Source: Candidatus Blochmanniella floridana
Lineage (GTDB): Bacteria > Pseudomonadota > Gammaproteobacteria > Enterobacterales > Enterobacteriaceae
Reading direction: 5' to 3'
DNA length: 32,000 nt
NCBI GenBank assembly: GCA_000043285.1
Contig: BX248583.1
Coordinates: 150,001-182,000, forward strand
In this document: one piece after another, positions 29,433 through 32,000 of the stretch
Layout: each line of letters starts with the position of its first letter
How positions within the stretch are numbered: the stretch's first letter is position 1
Position numbers and translations under genes: made by a program
Notes under the pieces: model-generated
Told to the model about the DNA's origin: nothing
What the model saw: the letters and a program-made list of their open reading frames with translations, nothing else
Databases searched by the model: none

Positions 29433-32000
29433 TTATATTAAACTGGGGTTGATTATATCAGGATTAATATTAAATATTTTAATAGCTTTAGACATGATGT
29501 CAGATTGTATATATCCTTGTTTTATTAAAATGGATAATGCAGCAATTACTATATAACCAGAATTTACTTCAAAATAATGTCTTAAGTTTTCTCGACTATC
29601 AGAACGTCCAAATCCATCTGTGCCTAAAACATAAAAATAGTTGCTTGGAATAAAACCGCGAATTTGTTCAGCAAATAATTTCATATAATCAGTTGCTGCG
29701 ATAGTAGGAAAATTGTTTAATACGGAGGTAACATAAGGAATTTTTGGAGTTTGCGTAGGATGTAACATGTTCCATCGTGCACAGTCTTGACCGTTACGTG
29801 CTAATTCAGTAAATGAAGTGACACTATATACATCTGAACTTATATTGTATTCATTAGATAAAATTTGAGCCGCTTCACGCACTAGTCTTAAAATAGATCC
29901 AGATCCCATTAATTGTACCTTACCGATTAATCCAGGTAAGGATTCTAATTTATAAATTCCTTTCTTTATTCCTTCTTCAACTCCGGTAGGCATAGGTGGC
30001 ATGTAGTATTTTTCATTTACAGTAGTAATATAGTAATATATGTTTTCTGGATTTTTGCCATACATACGTATTAAACCATCATATATAATAATGGTAATTT
30101 CATATGCATATGCTGGGTCATAAGAAATACAATTAGGAATGGTCAAAGATTGAATATGACTGTGTCCATCAGCATGTTGTAGGCCTTCTCCATTTAAAGT
30201 AGTACGACCAGAAGTTGCACCTATTAAAAAACCTCGGGCTTGCTGATCAGCTGCTGCCCATAAAAAATCTCCAGTTCTTTGAAATCCAAACATTGAGTAA
30301 AAAATATAAAAAGGTATCATAGGAAAATTATTGGTACTATATGAAGTGCCAGCTGCTAACCATGATGCGCTTGCTCCTAATTCATTAATCCCTTCTTCTA
30401 AAATTTGGCCTTGTTTATCTTCACGATAATATGAAAATAAATTGTGATCTTGTGGGGTATATTGTTGACCAGAAGGATTATAAATACCAATTTTTCGAAA
30501 TAAATCTTCCATTCCAAAGGTTCGAGCTTCATCCGCAATTATAGGAACTAAGTGATTTTTGATGGGTTGATATTGTAATAAAATATTTAATATTCGAACA
30601 AATGCAAGAGTTGTGGAAATATGTTTATTTTGTTTTTTTAACATTGATTGAAAGTATTCTAAGTTCGGTAGATTTAATGAATGGGTGGAATTTGTTAATC
30701 GATTAGGTAAGTATCCGAATAATAATTGACGTCTTTTATGTAAATATAAATATTCTTCAGAATTTTCTTTGAAAGTTAAATATGGTAATGATTCAATTTG
30801 ATCGTCTGTAATAATTGTATTTAAGTTAAATTTATTTCTGAGGTATTGTATTCTTTTTTTATCTATTTTTTTTATTTGATGAGCTGTATTTACTCCTTCA
30901 ATTTCGGATCCCATTCCATAACCTTTAACAGTATGAGCTAATATTGCTACTGGTTTTTTTTTAGAATTATTTTTAGCTTTATTTAATGCAGCAAATATTT
31001 TTATAGGGTCGTGTCCACCTCTATTTAATTCCCAAATTTCGGTATCAGTCATGTTCTTAACTAAATCTTTAGTTTCTGCGTATTTACCAAAAAAATGTTT
31101 ACGTATATAAGCTCCATCTTTGGATTTAAATGTTTGATAATCGCCATCAACAGTTTCATTCATTAATTGAATTAGCTTTCCTGTTGTATCTTGGTTGAAT
31201 AAAGAATCCCATTTACTGCCCCAAATTACTTTAATAACTTCCCAACCTGATCCTACAAAAATTTTTTCTAAATCGTTAATTATTTTGCCATTTCCTACTA
31301 CTGGACCATCTAATCGTTGTAAGTTACAATTGACTATAAAAATTAAATTATCTAATTTTTCTCGAGAAGCAATATTAAGTGCTCCTTTGGATTCAGGTTC
31401 ATCCATTTCTCCATCTCCTAGAAAAGCATATACTGTTTGCAAAGTAGTATTTTTTAATTTTCTATTGTTTAAATATTTTAAAAATTTTGCTTGGTAAATT
31501 GAGCTGATTGCAGTTAATCCCATAGATACTGTGGGAAATTGCCAAAATTCTGGCATTAATTTTGGGTGAGGATATGAAGGTAGGCCCTTGTTTTTTAATT
31601 CTTGCCTAAAATTATTAATTTGTTCTTCATGTAATCGTCCTTCCAGAAAAGCTCGTGCGTATATTCCTGGAGAAATATGTCCTTGAAAATATATTAAATC
31701 TCCTTCATCAATTTTATTACGAGCTCTAAAAAAGTGATTAAAACATACCTCATATAATGTTGCGGAAGATTGAAAAGAAGAAATATGTCCACCTAATTCT
31801 AAATTTTTTTTTGAAGCTCGTAATACCATCATAATAGCATTCCAACAGATAGCATGATATATACGTTGTTCTATTGCTAAGTTTCCAGGATATGTGGGTT
31901 CATCTTGCACCGAAATTGTATTTATATAATCATTATTTAATAAATTTTCAGGAGAAATATTGAATCCATCAGTTTGAACTTTTTTTATAATTTGTTTGAT
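29433..32000 (-). CDS. aceE: Pyruvate dehydrogenase E1 component, 5' end beyond window
   Basis: The ORF-track start at 31910 is an internal GTG. The frame stays open to position 32000 (…DYINTISVQDEPTYPGN, compare E. coli NYINTIPVEEQPEYPGN). The ThDP motif GDGEMDEPES is present, and there are long collinear identities such as MNETVDGDYQTFKSKDGAY and GTDGFGRSDSRENLRH. Confidence 0.96.
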   Translation of the reverse strand: MKQIIKKVQTDGFNISPENLLNNDYINTISVQDEPTYPGNLAIEQRIYHAICWNAIMMVLRASKKNLELGGHISSFQSSATLYEVCFNHFFRARNKIDEGDLIYFQGHISPGIYARAFLEGRLHEEQINNFRQELKNKGLPSYPHPKLMPEFWQFPTVSMGLTAISSIYQAKFLKYLNNRKLKNTTLQTVYAFLGDGEMDEPESKGALNIASREKLDNLIFIVNCNLQRLDGPVVGNGKIINDLEKIFVGSGWEVIKVIWGSKWDSLFNQDTTGKLIQLMNETVDGDYQTFKSKDGAYIRKHFFGKYAETKDLVKNMTDTEIWELNRGGHDPIKIFAALNKAKNNSKKKPVAILAHTVKGYGMGSEIEGVNTAHQIKKIDKKRIQYLRNKFNLNTIITDDQIESLPYLTFKENSEEYLYLHKRRQLLFGYLPNRLTNSTHSLNLPNLEYFQSMLKKQNKHISTTLAFVRILNILLQYQPIKNHLVPIIADEARTFGMEDLFRKIGIYNPSGQQYTPQDHNLFSYYREDKQGQILEEGINELGASASWLAAGTSYSTNNFPMIPFYIFYSMFGFQRTGDFLWAAADQQARGFLIGATSGRTTLNGEGLQHADGHSHIQSLTIPNCISYDPAYAYEITIIIYDGLIRMYGKNPENIYYYITTVNEKYYMPPMPTGVEEGIKKGIYKLESLPGLIGKVQLMGSGSILRLVREAAQILSNEYNISSDVYSVTSFTELARNGQDCARWNMLHPTQTPKIPYVTSVLNNFPTIAATDYMKLFAEQIRGFIPSNYFYVLGTDGFGRSDSRENLRHYFEVNSGYIVIAALSILIKQGYIQSDIMSKAIKIFNINPDIINPSLI

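Noticed and set aside
31195-31497. 100-aa plus-strand ORF antisense to aceE.
   Set aside because: It is embedded in the highly conserved aceE and is probably a chance open frame.
1-32000. I searched the whole window for tRNA/rRNA genes, CRISPR-like regularly spaced repeats, IS/transposase or integrase ORFs, and toxin-antitoxin or defence-like gene pairs.
   Set aside because: None were seen. Every ORF of substantial length matches a conserved housekeeping gene. The spacers are low-complexity AT-rich DNA without G+C-rich structured segments or periodic repeats.

Overview
This is a very AT-rich, gene-dense window with clear Enterobacterales-type gene order. It looks like the reduced genome of an insect endosymbiont. 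Chromosomal leuABC, a full mur/fts set including ftsQ, and lpxC argue against Buchnera and fit a Blochmannia-like lineage, but the organism cannot be proven from the sequence alone. I can support 23 protein-coding genes. These are leuC (3' end cut by the window edge), leuB and leuA on the minus strand. Next comes the dcw cell-wall/division cluster on the plus strand: rsmH-ftsL-ftsI-murE-murF-mraY-murD-ftsW-murG-murC-ftsQ-ftsA-ftsZ, followed by lpxC, secA, dksA and folK. Then lpdA, aceF and aceE (5' end cut by the window edge) lie on the minus strand. All ORFs look intact and keep their catalytic motifs. I found no tRNA, rRNA, CRISPR array, IS element, phage or toxin/defence-like genes. I see no convincing previously undescribed system; this is conserved housekeeping DNA. 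The points worth a second look are signatures of reductive evolution. ddlB is absent from the murC-ftsQ junction, and mraZ, secM, gluQ and pcnB are absent from their usual positions. SecA lacks its C-terminal zinc-finger tail, and AceF has a single lipoyl domain. The aceE-to-dksA block is inverted relative to E. coli. Two unusually long ORF-free spacers (1040 bp and 610 bp) sit at the likely rearrangement and deletion scars. An 11-bp perfect inverted repeat lies just upstream of ftsZ. Several in-frame A9/T9 homopolymers occur inside essential genes. All homology statements come from my by-eye alignment to remembered E. coli K-12 proteins, not from a database search.
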